A stretch of DNA of 57,573 nt, filler included, from Catajapyx aquilonaris (taxonomy: Eukaryota), in assembly GCA_000934665.2 (NCBI GenBank). It is 4 parts of 4 records of this genome, joined end to end, with 100 filler letters (N's around TTAATTAATTAA, not from the genome) between each part and the next. Parts side by side here need not be neighbours in the genome. Positions count along the whole stretch, not along the records: positions 1 to 14,304 come from JYFJ02007817.1; positions 14,405 to 28,727 come from JYFJ02007818.1; 2 more parts are not named here. One strand, 5' to 3'. The translations under genes and the position numbers were made by a program. A model generated the notes under the pieces. That model was given only the letters and a program-made list of their open reading frames with translations. It made no database searches and was not told the origin of the DNA. Below, piece after piece: positions 13,322 to 24,122 of this stretch (within the stretch, counting starts at the first letter, position 1; each line of letters begins with the position of its first letter).

Positions 13322-13919
13322 AGCGTCTGCCCCATCTGGTCGGCTTTCCCTCTCTCTCCCCGCCCGCTCTCCCCGGCCTCCCTCTCCTACTTCCTCCTAC
13401 TCCCCTCCTGCCCCCACTTCCAGAGGGCCAACAGGACAAGGGAGGAAACAGGGGGAGCGGGCAAATCAAGCTGTCACAATCATAGTCAAAATAGCTGCTA
13501 CTCAATATTGTGAACAAATGAGATTGGCTTACTTAAGAGGTCTGGAAATTTTCTTCCATGTGTAAACTGCACAAGAAATTTCACGTTATATTAGAATCAT
13601 TACAGTGTTGAGGTCTACATTAATGTTTACTAATAATTGTGCACATCATTGAAGATTCCTCAATCCTAAGTACTTTGTCATTTGATTCAACATTTCAGAG
13701 ACTTTCAATAAAAAACTTGTCAAAAAGTGCAAAAATGCATCATGTGGTAGTCTGATATGAGTAGTGTGTAGTCATAAAAGTCAAGTAAAAAATGCTTCTA
13801 AAATGATGGCTTGCAGGTGTCTTGGGAAAAAACCCACATTCACTGCAATCATCTTACAAGCTGCTGCTAATAGCTCCTTGACAATGTAAGTGGGCTCAAT
13901 GCTGCAGAGTGCACGCAGG

Positions 13920-14158
13920 CCTCAGGGAAGAACAATCAAGATCCACTTTATGTCAAAAATGAGTTACACATATCCCATAGATAGTTTTACTAGTGTAGAA
14001 TGTGATGGTCTGGTCGTGATTGTGGAGTAATGATCATAGGTCACTATGGAAGGCTCCAAACATGGGATGCCCAATCGAATGCTATGGGTCTTCAAAGTTT
14101 GAAATTGCAATATCTCAGTTTCACCTGAGGTGGACTTTGATTGTTCTTCCCCTGGGGT
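13920..14158. mobile_element. MITE-like element
   Basis: cctcagggaagaacaatcaagatccac pairs imperfectly with gtggactttgattgttcttcccctgggg. Confidence 0.5.
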
Positions 14159-14304
14159 CTTGATATGGATTTATACTACACTGCTGGACAATTATTGCTA
14201 GGAGCAACATTTTATGGCATAACTAGTGGCAGTGGCGGACAAAGTGGATTTCAGAGGTGCAGCAAACGCCGCAGAAAAGGACCCCACCCCCTATGACCCC
14301 CCCC

Positions 14305-14404
14305 NNNNNNNNNNNNNNNNNNNNNNNNNNNNNNNNNNNNNNNNNNNNTTAATTAATTAANNNNNNNNNNNNNNNNNNNNNNNNNNNNNNNNNNNNNNNN
14401 NNNN
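14305..14404. other. Artificial contig spacer
   Basis: 44 N + TTAATTAATTAA (stops in all six frames) + 44 N = 100 nt. Confidence 0.97.
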
Positions 14405-15949
14405 GAACTGCAATCCTGGTGTCACCCATTACAGCCATATTTTCCTGCCGACACAATACATGTACTTCGTGTGACACCTCCAATCTTTGTCCACCCTTAC
14501 CTTGTGACGCCCATCCGGGTCGTGACAAAACGCCATAAGCACATGACCTGTATTGTGCAGGTCCCCGTACAGGAAACGATTCGGGTTCAGATCGCTAGAC
14601 TCCACGATATCTCCTAGGATATCGATACCACGTTCTTCAGTCAGGTCAACCCTTTGACCCGACTCGGTCGTGACATAGCTCATGTGAATCGCTTCGAAGA
14701 TCCGGTCCTTCCACCGTCGCATATCGTCAATATCCAAGTCGATATCATAATCAACTCGGTGGACATTCTGTAACGTACGGTACATATTAAGTTGTATGAC
14801 CCACCGCCTGTACTGGAGTACAGACCGACAGGGTCAAATCGTGAGGTCTGGTGCCGTACAGTAATCCAGAGTCACTACTGGTCAACTTGGAGAAGTAACC
14901 TTCCTCAATAGGCTTATCCCAATTTTGGTACCGTCGTACACGTGCCAGCCCGTTACACAAACGCTCCGTGTCGTACCTAAGAATGGTTGTATATACAAAT
15001 GAGACATGGTATGGTGTTGTTGACCATACCTAGCCAGCATCTGCTGATGCATATAGTAGAACAACTCTCCCTTCCTGTCCCTATCCATCGCATCCGTAGG
15101 GTACGCCAAATGCCAGTGCCAATGGTGGTCATTCAGGCCCAGGTCCTCCCTCCAGTAGGCCACGCGGTGCTCGGGGTCAAGGTCAGTCCCGGTCAAATCT
15201 CGTTCGATCACGATTGGCTGCCTGTGCGTCGATGGCAGCGCCGCCTCCTTCTCGGCCTTTGAAATGGTGGCCGCGTCCAGGTACTCCTTCGGGAACACCT
15301 CCCATACCGGGGGAAGACGGACCCCACGCAGATCAGGGTGTCGCATTGTTGCGGAGCACAATGCGTATGCGAACATTGTTGGGTGGATCCGATCTCGGCA
15401 GGCACCCAGGAGAGACATGAACCCGGCAAAGTCAGGTTGATCTGAATTATTTAAAATATTAGTAATTGTTGGGAACATGAGGTACGACATACCTAGAAGA
15501 AGCTTGACCAACTTGTACGCAGTATGACGATGACCTGGAATGAACACGGACCAATGCTTGTCCATAGGCACATGTACCTGCTCCAGGTCCAGGTCTTTTC
15601 TTGCAGAAAATATGTATGTCATCTCCGGTTTTGCCCTCAATACACGAGGCACATTCACTTTGTATCTATCAGCCTTCGAGAAAATTCAACACATCCTTAG
15701 AACTCTGTAGAACTGCCATTGAACAATAATGACTTACCATATATTCTTTTGGCAATTCGAAAACAAGTTTTCCATCATTCTTAGGGCAGAACAGCGGTTC
15801 TCCGATTCGTTCCAGGAGACCCAAAATTACAGTTTGCTTCTCTTGAAGTGTAATCGCCCTTCCGTCTATTTGGCAACCTGTTTGTATTATTATAAAATAG
15901 AGCTAGTTTTATCTATGAAAAAATTGACTGTACCTCCAGTGTTCCCCAT
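14405..15949 (-). CDS. PPO: Prophenoloxidase paralog 1 (hemocyanin superfamily, type-3 copper), 3' part lost at the contig edge
   Basis: Exons 15949-15934, 15877-15738, 15673-15493, 15441-15030, 14976-14826, 14767-14501 and 14444-14405 (cut by the gap) splice in frame. CuA REDLGLNDHHWHWH...RKGELFYYMHQQMLARY; CuB YGDLHNTGH; placeholder motif WSVFIP; no signal peptide. Confidence 0.92.
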
Positions 15950-15988
15950 TGTTAGCAGTGAATGGGTGGAAACTTGCGAAAATCTGTA

Positions 15989-15994
15989 TTTATA
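15989..15994 (-). promoter_or_regulatory. Putative TATA box of PPO paralog 1
   Basis: TATAAA on the minus strand 40 nt upstream of the proposed ATG (context ctaacaATGG). Confidence 0.55.
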
Positions 15995-16464
15995 AGCACT
16001 ATTTGTAGGCCATGAATTGTAATCGCATGGAATTTATCAGAGAGGATCTATTTTGATAGATATCCTAGTTTGTGACATTTACATCATGCATCATTGCAAC
16101 ATCTGATAATAATTGAAGCAAATCATCGGCCCGACAATATCAATGTAACCCATCATTATTAAGCATGTCAACTAATAGTGACATCTAATACGCAATAGTG
16201 ACACTCTTGGTATCAATCTCTATTCTGGACAACCTTTCAGACTCTATTGAAGATGTCGAGTGGCATTGTCCACATGTCATATGTCACCATCAGCGCAGTC
16301 ATTTTTCTATGCCATCATGTGTCGCAACAATGAAACTATTTGTGCAATATTGTGCATTATTTTTATTAGTTCGATACATTTCATTCAATCAAAAAGCGAT
16401 ACATATAAATTTGTTAGTGCAGATAGTGAGATTAGTAGTGGTATGTCAAAGGTCAATATGGGGT

Positions 16465-19202
16465 CTAGGCTCTGAAAATGGTGCGATCCTCATGCTGGAT
16501 GCGCACCTCGGCAACTCTCATGTTCCCCAGCTGGTAATCGCCGACTGCGTTGATCCCTGGTGCTGAACGCCTGTCGAACGGATACCCCATGGCCCTCCGG
16601 TCGGGGTAAAGGTCATCGCGCAATCCGCAGTAACTGACCGATGACCTGCAGCCACCAGTGCTAGCACCACGGTTGCGCAGTTGCACCTGGAATACATAGC
16701 TTCAGTAACAAGGCACACGAACCAATATCAACAGCGCACCTGATCATCCCGGTAGTTGGATACCATGACGAAGAGGTCAAAGGCCATCCCGCTAGTTGTT
16801 CCTCTAGGCAGCAGGAGGTGGTCGGGCCATCCGCATCCGCAGTACTGTTGCTCTGAGCCCAGACCAGCAGCAGGGTTCTGTGGTGTGGCTTCAGGTGGTG
16901 CGCGACCACGGAGTTCGCGGAAGGTCTGCTCGAAGGGGATGGTCACCGAGGACTGGTCGGAGCGACGGGTGATCGCATTGTCACCAGGTTCGACTGAAAC
17001 AAATTTGTGTCAGACAATATGCAAATAGGAATCGGCATGCAGGACATTACGTCGTTGTTGGAACTTGTCAAGTTCGATGAACATCAGACGCTGGTCCTGC
17101 AGACGGAGCCGTTGTCCGTTCTCGCTGCGTTGAACTGCGATGAACACACGAACCGTACCTTCCACGAACTCACGTCGGTTGTTACGCACCTGCAAACGAG
17201 TGCTGTACTTTGCTGTATCCCTTCAGGGCACATCACTTACGTTGATCTGGAATGCGTATGGTTCGTGCTGCAGATGGGTGAATCGCACCAGTACCGATCC
17301 TGCACGACCAAACGGACGCAAGTCCAAGCCTCGGGTCACGTCCAGGTCACGCTGCTGCCAGAAAGTGACCATCAAGTTTGGTGGACGGTTCGGGGTCACG
17401 ACCTGCACGTTGGTCACTTCAACTCCACGGAATCCCAACTGAAATCATGAGTAGCACCCTGTATTATCGTAAACATTGTCGACATACTGACATACCTGTT
17501 CTGCTGTGTATGGTCGCAGCCTGGCCTTGTGCTCCTCGAAAATGTCATCAACAAACCTGTGCCACCTGAAGAAGATCGAGTCACGTACGGCTGTGGTATT
17601 GTCACCGATGACACCCATGTGCTCCTGCGAATAAAGGTATTGCATAAGCATCGTCCACAGTCGTGTCCTTAATTCGAACCAAACCTTATGCCGACCATCC
17701 GGATCGTGGCAAAATGCCATAGTCACATGACCCATATTGTGCATGTCCCCGTACAGAGTTGGGTTGACACTCAACACCGACGACTCAATTATGTCACCAA
17801 GGATGTCCGTCCCTCTCTCTTCAGTCAGCTCCACTCTTTCTCCAGATTGGCGAATAGCAAATCCCATATGGATCGCCTCAAAAATGCGGTCCCTCCAACG
17901 ACGCATGTCATCCAGGTCAAACAGAAAATCATAATCAGGTCTGTTCACATCCTGTTAACAATATATGTGAAAGAANAAATTGTATGACTACCATTAATGT
18001 CTGTACTTACCGACAATGCCTGATTGTCAGCTCGAGTACCCCAGACGAACCCTGAATTTTCGCGGGTCAATTTCGGAAAATACCCTTCATCAACGGGCAA
18101 ATCCCAGTTCTGCAAGCGCCGTACACGGGGCAACCCGTTGCACAAACGCTCAGTGTCGTATCTGCAAGGAAACAACTGTCGTAACTATCGCGCGCAGGTG
18201 AATCGCTGCAGCCAATAGGAAGGAGATGCGCGCGCAGGTGAATCGCTGCAGCCAATAGGAAGGAGATGCGCGCGCAGGTGACTCGCTGCAGCCAATAAGA
18301 AGGAGATGGGCGCGCAGGTGAATCGCTGCAACCAATAGGAAGACGATGCGCGCGCAGCTTTACCTGGCCACCATCTGATGGTGCATATAGTAGAACAGCT
18401 CTCCCTTCCTGTCCCTGTCCACGGCGTCCATAGGGTACGCCAGGTGCCAGTGCCAATGGTGGGCACTCAGACCAAGGTCCTCACGCCAGTAGGCCACACG
18501 ATGCTCCGGGTTCAGGTCAGTCCCGGTGAACTCCCGGTCAATGATGATCGGTGCCCGTGACCCCGAGGGCAGACCTGCCTCTCGCTCGCACCTGGTTATG
18601 GTGGATGCTGAGAGGAAGTGGTCCGGAAGTACCTCCCAGATTGGGGGTAGTCGGACACCACGGAGTTCTGGACGGCGAAGGGTGGCAGCGGACAAGGCGT
18701 ACACGAACATGGTACGGTTGATTCGGTCTCGGCATGCACCCAGGAGAGATGCGAAACCGGTGAAGTCCGGTTCAGCTAAGGGTCATAGGTCAGACAAGGT
18801 CCAGTGAAGGACAACATAAGCGGGACATACCTAGGAGCAACTGAACCAGACGATTCGCAGCACGTCGGTGCTTCGGGATGAAGACAGACCAAGGCAGGTC
18901 CGTCGGTATGTCATATACCTCGGTCAGATCCGGCAACTTTCGGCTCGGAAAGTCATAGGTCATCGCTGGTCGTTGGGGCGCCAACTCCCGCTGGACATTC
19001 GGAGCCACGTCGTGGTAACGGTCGACCTAAAAAGTCAAAAATTCAGTATTGTTGGTGACAGACGGTTGCAAGAATACTTTACCAGCAGGTCATTGGAGAT
19101 GCTGAAGACCATGTTCCCATCGTCCTTCGGGAAGAAGATGGGCTCACTGATCCTCTCCAGCATCCCCAACATGATGTTCTGTCTATCGGATGAAGTCCCC
19201 AT
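16465..19202 (-). CDS. PPO: Prophenoloxidase paralog 2, complete, 10 exons, 695 aa
   Basis: Exons 19202-19083, 19026-18831, 18775-18364, 18161-18011, 17951-17685, 17624-17496, 17438-17241, 17189-17051, 16993-16740, 16686-16465. All six Cu-binding His present (HHWHWH..MHHQ; MHNMGH..RWHRF), plus CGCGWPDHLLLPRG, YCG..YPDRRAMGYPFDR and a PPO-type N-terminus (LERISEPIFFPK..DRY..VQR53) without signal peptide. Confidence 0.96.
18191..18357. repeat. 40-bp minisatellite, ~4.2 copies, in PPO2 intron 3
   Basis: Unit cgcgcaggtgaatcgctgcagccaataggaaggagatgcg starts at 18191, 18231, 18271, 18311, with a partial copy at 18351. Confidence 0.95.
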
Positions 19203-19290
19203 TGTTGCTCTCTAACTCTGGACAGACAATGTGTCGATGCTTGCTGTGCAGTCTATGACGGTATGACTTGGGTGCTGGTGCAAGCTGACC

Positions 19291-19297
19291 TTATATA
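19291..19297 (-). promoter_or_regulatory. Putative TATA box of PPO paralog 2
   Basis: TATATAA on the minus strand ~90 nt upstream of the ATG at 19202. Confidence 0.5.
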
Positions 19298-19966
19298 CTG
19301 TACACTGCACAGGAAGTGGTTGAGAACTCCCTGGACCATCCACCTTCTGCAAGTTTTCAGATGTGTTGATACCTGCTTTTGCAACAATAGGTAGCAATCA
19401 GTGCTGACCTCACTGGACAACAATGCCCAATATTAATATTAATATTTTAAATTTAAAAATATTAATAAAATTTTTAACAAACTATTATCAGTGCTTAGAA
19501 ACAATGTTGCAGGATATGTATCCGGTATGGCCTGATTGTATGTCCTTCGCACGTGCCTTCGTAAAACCAACAGTGTCACCGCATCCGTATATGTGTCTAT
19601 GAAACATTCCCCGATAGTATAACGGAACTTGAGGTTTAGCCAACTTTAATTTTATCACATTTGTCCAAACCGATATTATAACTACATTTAACATGTGTTT
19701 TGACGTGTAGACGCAATTTATATCCGTTGTATCGATTAAATCGCGAAATTGAGTAATGGGCGCCCTCTTTACTTATGCATGACAGACACCAACACGCTAG
19801 CTTTGAACATCTATCGTATATGTGCCAATAGATGCAAGATAGTCTCTTAAAAAACTTTAAAAGCTGATAAACATCAGCGAGACCAAGGCCGATCAAATCG
19901 ATAGTTTTGCAGCTAAATGTGCTGAAGATGCTTATCTCAAGTTGTACTAAATGTATTTGGCCAGAC

Positions 19967-21634
19967 ATGGCTTGGACTATCGCACTATCACTGACTATTT
20001 CGTTATGCTATGTCTTCGGCACGTTTCAATACAACAGTTATGAAACTATCCAACTATTTTCGGTCATCCACAGTCCGCAAGTGTCTCACTGTGCAGTCAT
20101 ATTCTTATCCGATTACACCTTGTGTTACCAACAGGTAGTCCTAGTGCACGACCAGTACAGACCATCCGTTACATTTGACGTCAGCAAACATGGCAACCGG
20201 ACAAGTTCGAGCCTGTTCGTAAGCCGTTTGGGTCCGCATTGCCATGTGTCAACAATCAACATCAACCTGACATCATTACCTGACATTGTTCTTAAGGTTC
20301 TAACACTCCGGTACCGGTTTTACCAGGAAGATTACTACGCGTTTTACAACCGGGGTTCAACTGTGGCCGATTTTCTGACACACCCGTGGACTATGCAAAT
20401 GAAATACAAAGTGGGTGTGACTGACTCCGAACACTGGACTTGGTGCCACTTTTGCAACAATAGCAACCCCGGATTGTTGCTGATGGAACCTAACAGTGAA
20501 CCGTTCCCTGATTGGACCACGGACATGGAAGGGTGTCCCATACATGTGTATGGCCACAGCGATGTACTTCCGTTACTACAAGAGCGGTTAAATTTCACCC
20601 CAATTTACATGGATGTGTTTAATGACACTGGGTTGTTCATGTTTGCAGAAAGTATAGTCATACCAGGGGTCAGGTACGACGCGAGTCAACCCCACTGGTT
20701 CGACGAGGTCAGCTTTCTGGTCAGAGTTCACACCACCAGCTCATCTCTAGAGGTCATACTGAAACCATACGAACCCGAATCCTGGGCTTTTGTTATTTCA
20801 ATCTCAATTTTGACCTCCTTGTTGATACACATTGTATCTAAAATAGTGTGGTCCAAACACTTAGATTACACTTACATGTTATGTAGACTAATATTACCAC
20901 CATTTTATAACCAACCTGTAGTAATGCCCAAAGTAAATCTGGTTCGATGTTTCATGTCTCTCTGGTGCTGCTTCTGCTTCTTGTGTGGCATCATGTATAG
21001 TTGCAAACTCACCGAATTTTTAATTATAAATCCTAAATATTACCCACAATCACTGCGTGATTTAGTAACACAAAATTTTGAATATGGAACGGTATGGGAT
21101 ACGCTACCGTTTTCGACCGAATCTGATGATGAAATTCATAGAGAAATTGTGAAAAAAATGCAAGGTGTCAACGACGAATCTTGTGTCACACGTGTTATGA
21201 AAGAAAAGTTTGCGTGTGTTGCTAACGGAAAGTATTTAGAGTACCATCGATTGGTAAGTATGGCCTCGATGGGTGTTCAATCAGCGGTGGTTACGACCGA
21301 TTTTCCGCTATTAATGATCAGTACTTATGTCAACTACTTGTTCATACCAAAAAAGATGTTAGACACCAAAATTCTGCAGATTATTCAAACAGGTATTTTA
21401 AAGCATATGAAAAATGACATGTACGAGGACTTTAAAAAAGTAGGAGAGATCAGGGCTACTCGAAACGGGGTCAAAGTTGACGTTAAAACTGGTATTAAAT
21501 ATAAGGACATCAGATCTTGTTTCATGGTGTTGCTGTGTAGCCTGATGGTATCGTCTGTTATATTCATCACCGAATTGTTCATTATGATATGTCCTGGAAA
21601 TGAAGAGGTGCATGAATATAAATTTTTAATATGA
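19967..21634 (+). CDS. Divergent ionotropic receptor (IR, iGluR-related), intronless, ~555 aa
   Basis: Signal-like N-terminus MAWTIALSLTISL; S1 end SQPHWFDEVSFLVR; M1 ILKPYEPESWAFV; M3 GIMYSCKLTEFL (variant of SYTANLAAFL); C-terminal M4. Start at 19967 preferred over the upstream TTG/ATG. Confidence 0.85.
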   Translation: MAWTIALSLTISLCYVFGTFQYNSYETIQLFSVIHSPQVSHCAVIFLSDYTLCYQQVVLVHDQYRPSVTFDVSKHGNRTSSSLFVSRLGPHCHVSTININLTSLPDIVLKVLTLRYRFYQEDYYAFYNRGSTVADFLTHPWTMQMKYKVGVTDSEHWTWCHFCNNSNPGLLLMEPNSEPFPDWTTDMEGCPIHVYGHSDVLPLLQERLNFTPIYMDVFNDTGLFMFAESIVIPGVRYDASQPHWFDEVSFLVRVHTTSSSLEVILKPYEPESWAFVISISILTSLLIHIVSKIVWSKHLDYTYMLCRLILPPFYNQPVVMPKVNLVRCFMSLWCCFCFLCGIMYSCKLTEFLIINPKYYPQSLRDLVTQNFEYGTVWDTLPFSTESDDEIHREIVKKMQGVNDESCVTRVMKEKFACVANGKYLEYHRLVSMASMGVQSAVVTTDFPLLMISTYVNYLFIPKKMLDTKILQIIQTGILKHMKNDMYEDFKKVGEIRATRNGVKVDVKTGIKYKDIRSCFMVLLCSLMVSSVIFITELFIMICPGNEEVHEYKFLI

Positions 21635-21637
21635 TTA

Positions 21638-21861
21638 TTTATTTATTTTACCCCGTGGTAGGGCGGAGCCCTTATAGGGGGGTGGCATACCACCGTCAGT
21701 TTTCTTCGATTTTTCTGACTCTTACTTCACACACATGGGTGGGGCCATGGATAGGGACGGAAGGAATCGGGTGTGGCCTATTATACGGAAACGACCCCGG
21801 AATTGTCCTGGGGGGGACCGTGGGAATCTACAGGGTCGCCGGCCCCGGGATTCGAACCCAA
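21638..21861 (-). mobile_element. 5'-truncated tRNA-derived SINE
   Basis: Begins at B-box GGTTCGAATCCC on the minus strand; body matches the SINE at 27381-27727; A-rich tail; TSD-like tttaatRtgatta at 21625-21637 and 21862-21874. Confidence 0.8.
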
Positions 21862-22217
21862 TTTAATGTGATTATAATTCAGTATTGTTCGCACATGATA
21901 TGTAGACACCATATTGTTAGATTGCACTGATTGCGGTGTATGTACGTAAATGTTTATCATTGTTTATGATTATGATGATATTACCGATATTACTTGTATT
22001 ATGAGCTGAAAAAATACAAAAAATGCAATTATGTCGTTTTTATCACATTTATTAATTTCCTTCCTTTTCTAGACAAAATTGATAAGTAACTGTTGAATGA
22101 CACATCATGACCTTGACACGTGTAAGTGGTAGCTATACAGCAGCATGCACAGGAAATTGCGGTGAGGGTCGTACACTTGGGCTTATTTCATCATAAATCT
22201 ATATAACTTACTATATA

Positions 22218-22421
22218 AAGGGTGTTTCAACTTTTTTGTCCGAACAGTTATCGGAAAATTGCACGTAGATGCTACTTTGTAAGCAGTGACTTGCAAACGG
22301 TGATTTTGAGGAGGAGCGGGGAATATTCCCTGCGAATCTTAGGTTGAAGTGGCATACACTGCTTGCAAAGTAGCAGCTTAGTTCCGATAACTGTTCGGAC
22401 AAAAAAAGTTGAAACACCCTG
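22218..22421. mobile_element. Tc1/mariner-type MITE
   Basis: TIR AGGGTGTTTCAACTTTTTTGTCCGAACAGTTATCGGAA and its reverse complement, TA flanks. Confidence 0.85.
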
Positions 22422-22442
22422 TACTAGAAATCACACATTTAG

Positions 22443-24122
22443 TTATAAAATCACTGCTGCTCGTCTGAAAAATACTTCAATATTAAAAATAATTATGGCA
22501 CCAACATAGCAGCACACCAACACCCTAAAGCACGACTCCATCGCCTGAAACTTGACAACATGCTGTAAATTGAACCCCATTGGCTTAATTCCATTACGTG
22601 CAGCTTCAATTTTACCAGCTTTCTCCACCTCCTCTGCATCATCTCTGTACATTTTAGCCAACAAACCTGCTTGGTACATCTGCAGTACTCTCCTATCCAG
22701 AGTCAACTTTGGGATGAACATCAACGGAGTGTTAATCACCACCATTATATGCGGAAAATCGGTCCTGACAACAGTAGCAGCCACACCCACACTAGTCAAA
22801 TTCAAAAGGCTAAAATCCTGAAGAAAAAGCCTATTAGCAAAGCAAGCAAACTGTGATTCAGACACACGATCCAAACAATTAGGTAAACCAACAAGTTCCA
22901 TATTTTGTATTGTCTTATTATGAAGGGGTGAGTTAGAACACTGAAGTGACTGGGGTAAACTTGACTTTTCCCAAGCGCTACCCCATGCATAATCACCTTT
23001 AACTAGTTCAGACAACGATCTAGGGTACTCCACAGGTCTAGATATCAGGAAGGATGTTAGTTTCGAACTATACATAACACTTGCTATAAAACAAAAGTGA
23101 CACCAGAACACAAAGAAGTTTCGTAGCACAATAGGACGTGGGAGGATAATCATTTGATTGAAAAATGGAGGCAGAATTAATGTGGAGAAAATTCGAGTAA
23201 AATTGTATCGTGGTACTGATATACATCTACTGGCTAAATGTAGTATGGCTGAAGTAACGATACACACTGATATGATGAAGATCCATGCTGTCACTTCGAA
23301 TGGCTTGAGGATTGTGGTCAGTGAGAAATCATCTGGGTCGACCTTAACCAAATAAGCAATTTCATCAAACCAGTACGGTTGGTTAATCCCATACCGTTCG
23401 TTAAACTGCTCAATTCTATCAAAATTGAGAAAAAAATCGGTTTCATTCTCAGTTAAAACCGGCACAAAATTTAAACTCTGCGATAGAATCGGTATCATCT
23501 TATGCTCATTAATGATCGACACATTTTTTCCATAAAAATCTATGGTCCAATCTGGATACAAAAGGTCTTGAACCAGCACTGCTTGAGGATCACCCTTATC
23601 ACAAAAGTGACACCACGACACCATTGTTGTCAACTCCACACCCAACTTACGTCTCATACTTTGTGTCTGTTCATGCTGAAGAAACGTAACCACTGGCTCA
23701 TCTCGACTTTGAAATGCTATGAAATCATCCTGATGAAACTTGCCTCTAATATTCATAATTTGAGTCACAATTTTTGGAATGGACTTGACACCAGAATGAA
23801 TCAGGGTCAGGTGACACTGATGACCATACTGACTCACAAGAGGGTGTTTTTGCTCCGTGATGTTGTTGTCCAGCATGTTAATTCTGATCACAACAATTGG
23901 ACGAATATCTCTGTGAGCTTCTGTGATCTGGATGTTCATATCAGTGTCTGTGATGTAAATCAGTGGACATTGCCGCACTTGAGGGTTATTCACTATTGAG
24001 AATAACCGAACGTTTTCTTGTAAAATGGACATTGTTACAGCATCAAACATTGTTAACTCACAAACTAAAAACACTACGGAGCACATGGCAACACTTGAAA
24101 ATAGCATCCTTCTGGGCAGCAT
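22443..24122 (-). CDS. Divergent ionotropic receptor, intronless, 559 aa
   Basis: Paralog of the flanking ORFs: WCHFCDKG, NQPYWFDEIAYLVK, ILKPFEVTAW, SVMYSSKLTSFL, terminal TM. Confidence 0.85.
   Translation of the reverse strand: MLPRRMLFSSVAMCSVVFLVCELTMFDAVTMSILQENVRLFSIVNNPQVRQCPLIYITDTDMNIQITEAHRDIRPIVVIRINMLDNNITEQKHPLVSQYGHQCHLTLIHSGVKSIPKIVTQIMNIRGKFHQDDFIAFQSRDEPVVTFLQHEQTQSMRRKLGVELTTMVSWCHFCDKGDPQAVLVQDLLYPDWTIDFYGKNVSIINEHKMIPILSQSLNFVPVLTENETDFFLNFDRIEQFNERYGINQPYWFDEIAYLVKVDPDDFSLTTILKPFEVTAWIFIISVCIVTSAILHLASRCISVPRYNFTRIFSTLILPPFFNQMIILPRPIVLRNFFVFWCHFCFIASVMYSSKLTSFLISRPVEYPRSLSELVKGDYAWGSAWEKSSLPQSLQCSNSPLHNKTIQNMELVGLPNCLDRVSESQFACFANRLFLQDFSLLNLTSVGVAATVVRTDFPHIMVVINTPLMFIPKLTLDRRVLQMYQAGLLAKMYRDDAEEVEKAGKIEAARNGIKPMGFNLQHVVKFQAMESCFRVLVCCYVGAIIIFNIEVFFRRAAVIL

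Noticed and set aside
14349..14360. TTAATTAATTAA palindrome recurring about every 14.4 kb
   Set aside because: Always centred in exactly 44+44 N; a synthetic six-frame stop linker, not a biological periodic element.
18191..18357. Regular 40-bp repeats as a possible CRISPR array
   Set aside because: Units are contiguous with no unique spacers, lie in a spliceosomal intron, and no cas genes are present.
14405..19202. Calling the copper proteins hemocyanin or hexamerin
   Set aside because: Copper His ligands are kept (against hexamerin), and the leaderless LERI.EP.F.PK..DRY N-terminus and GCGWPDH motif fit prophenoloxidase better; phylogeny would settle it.
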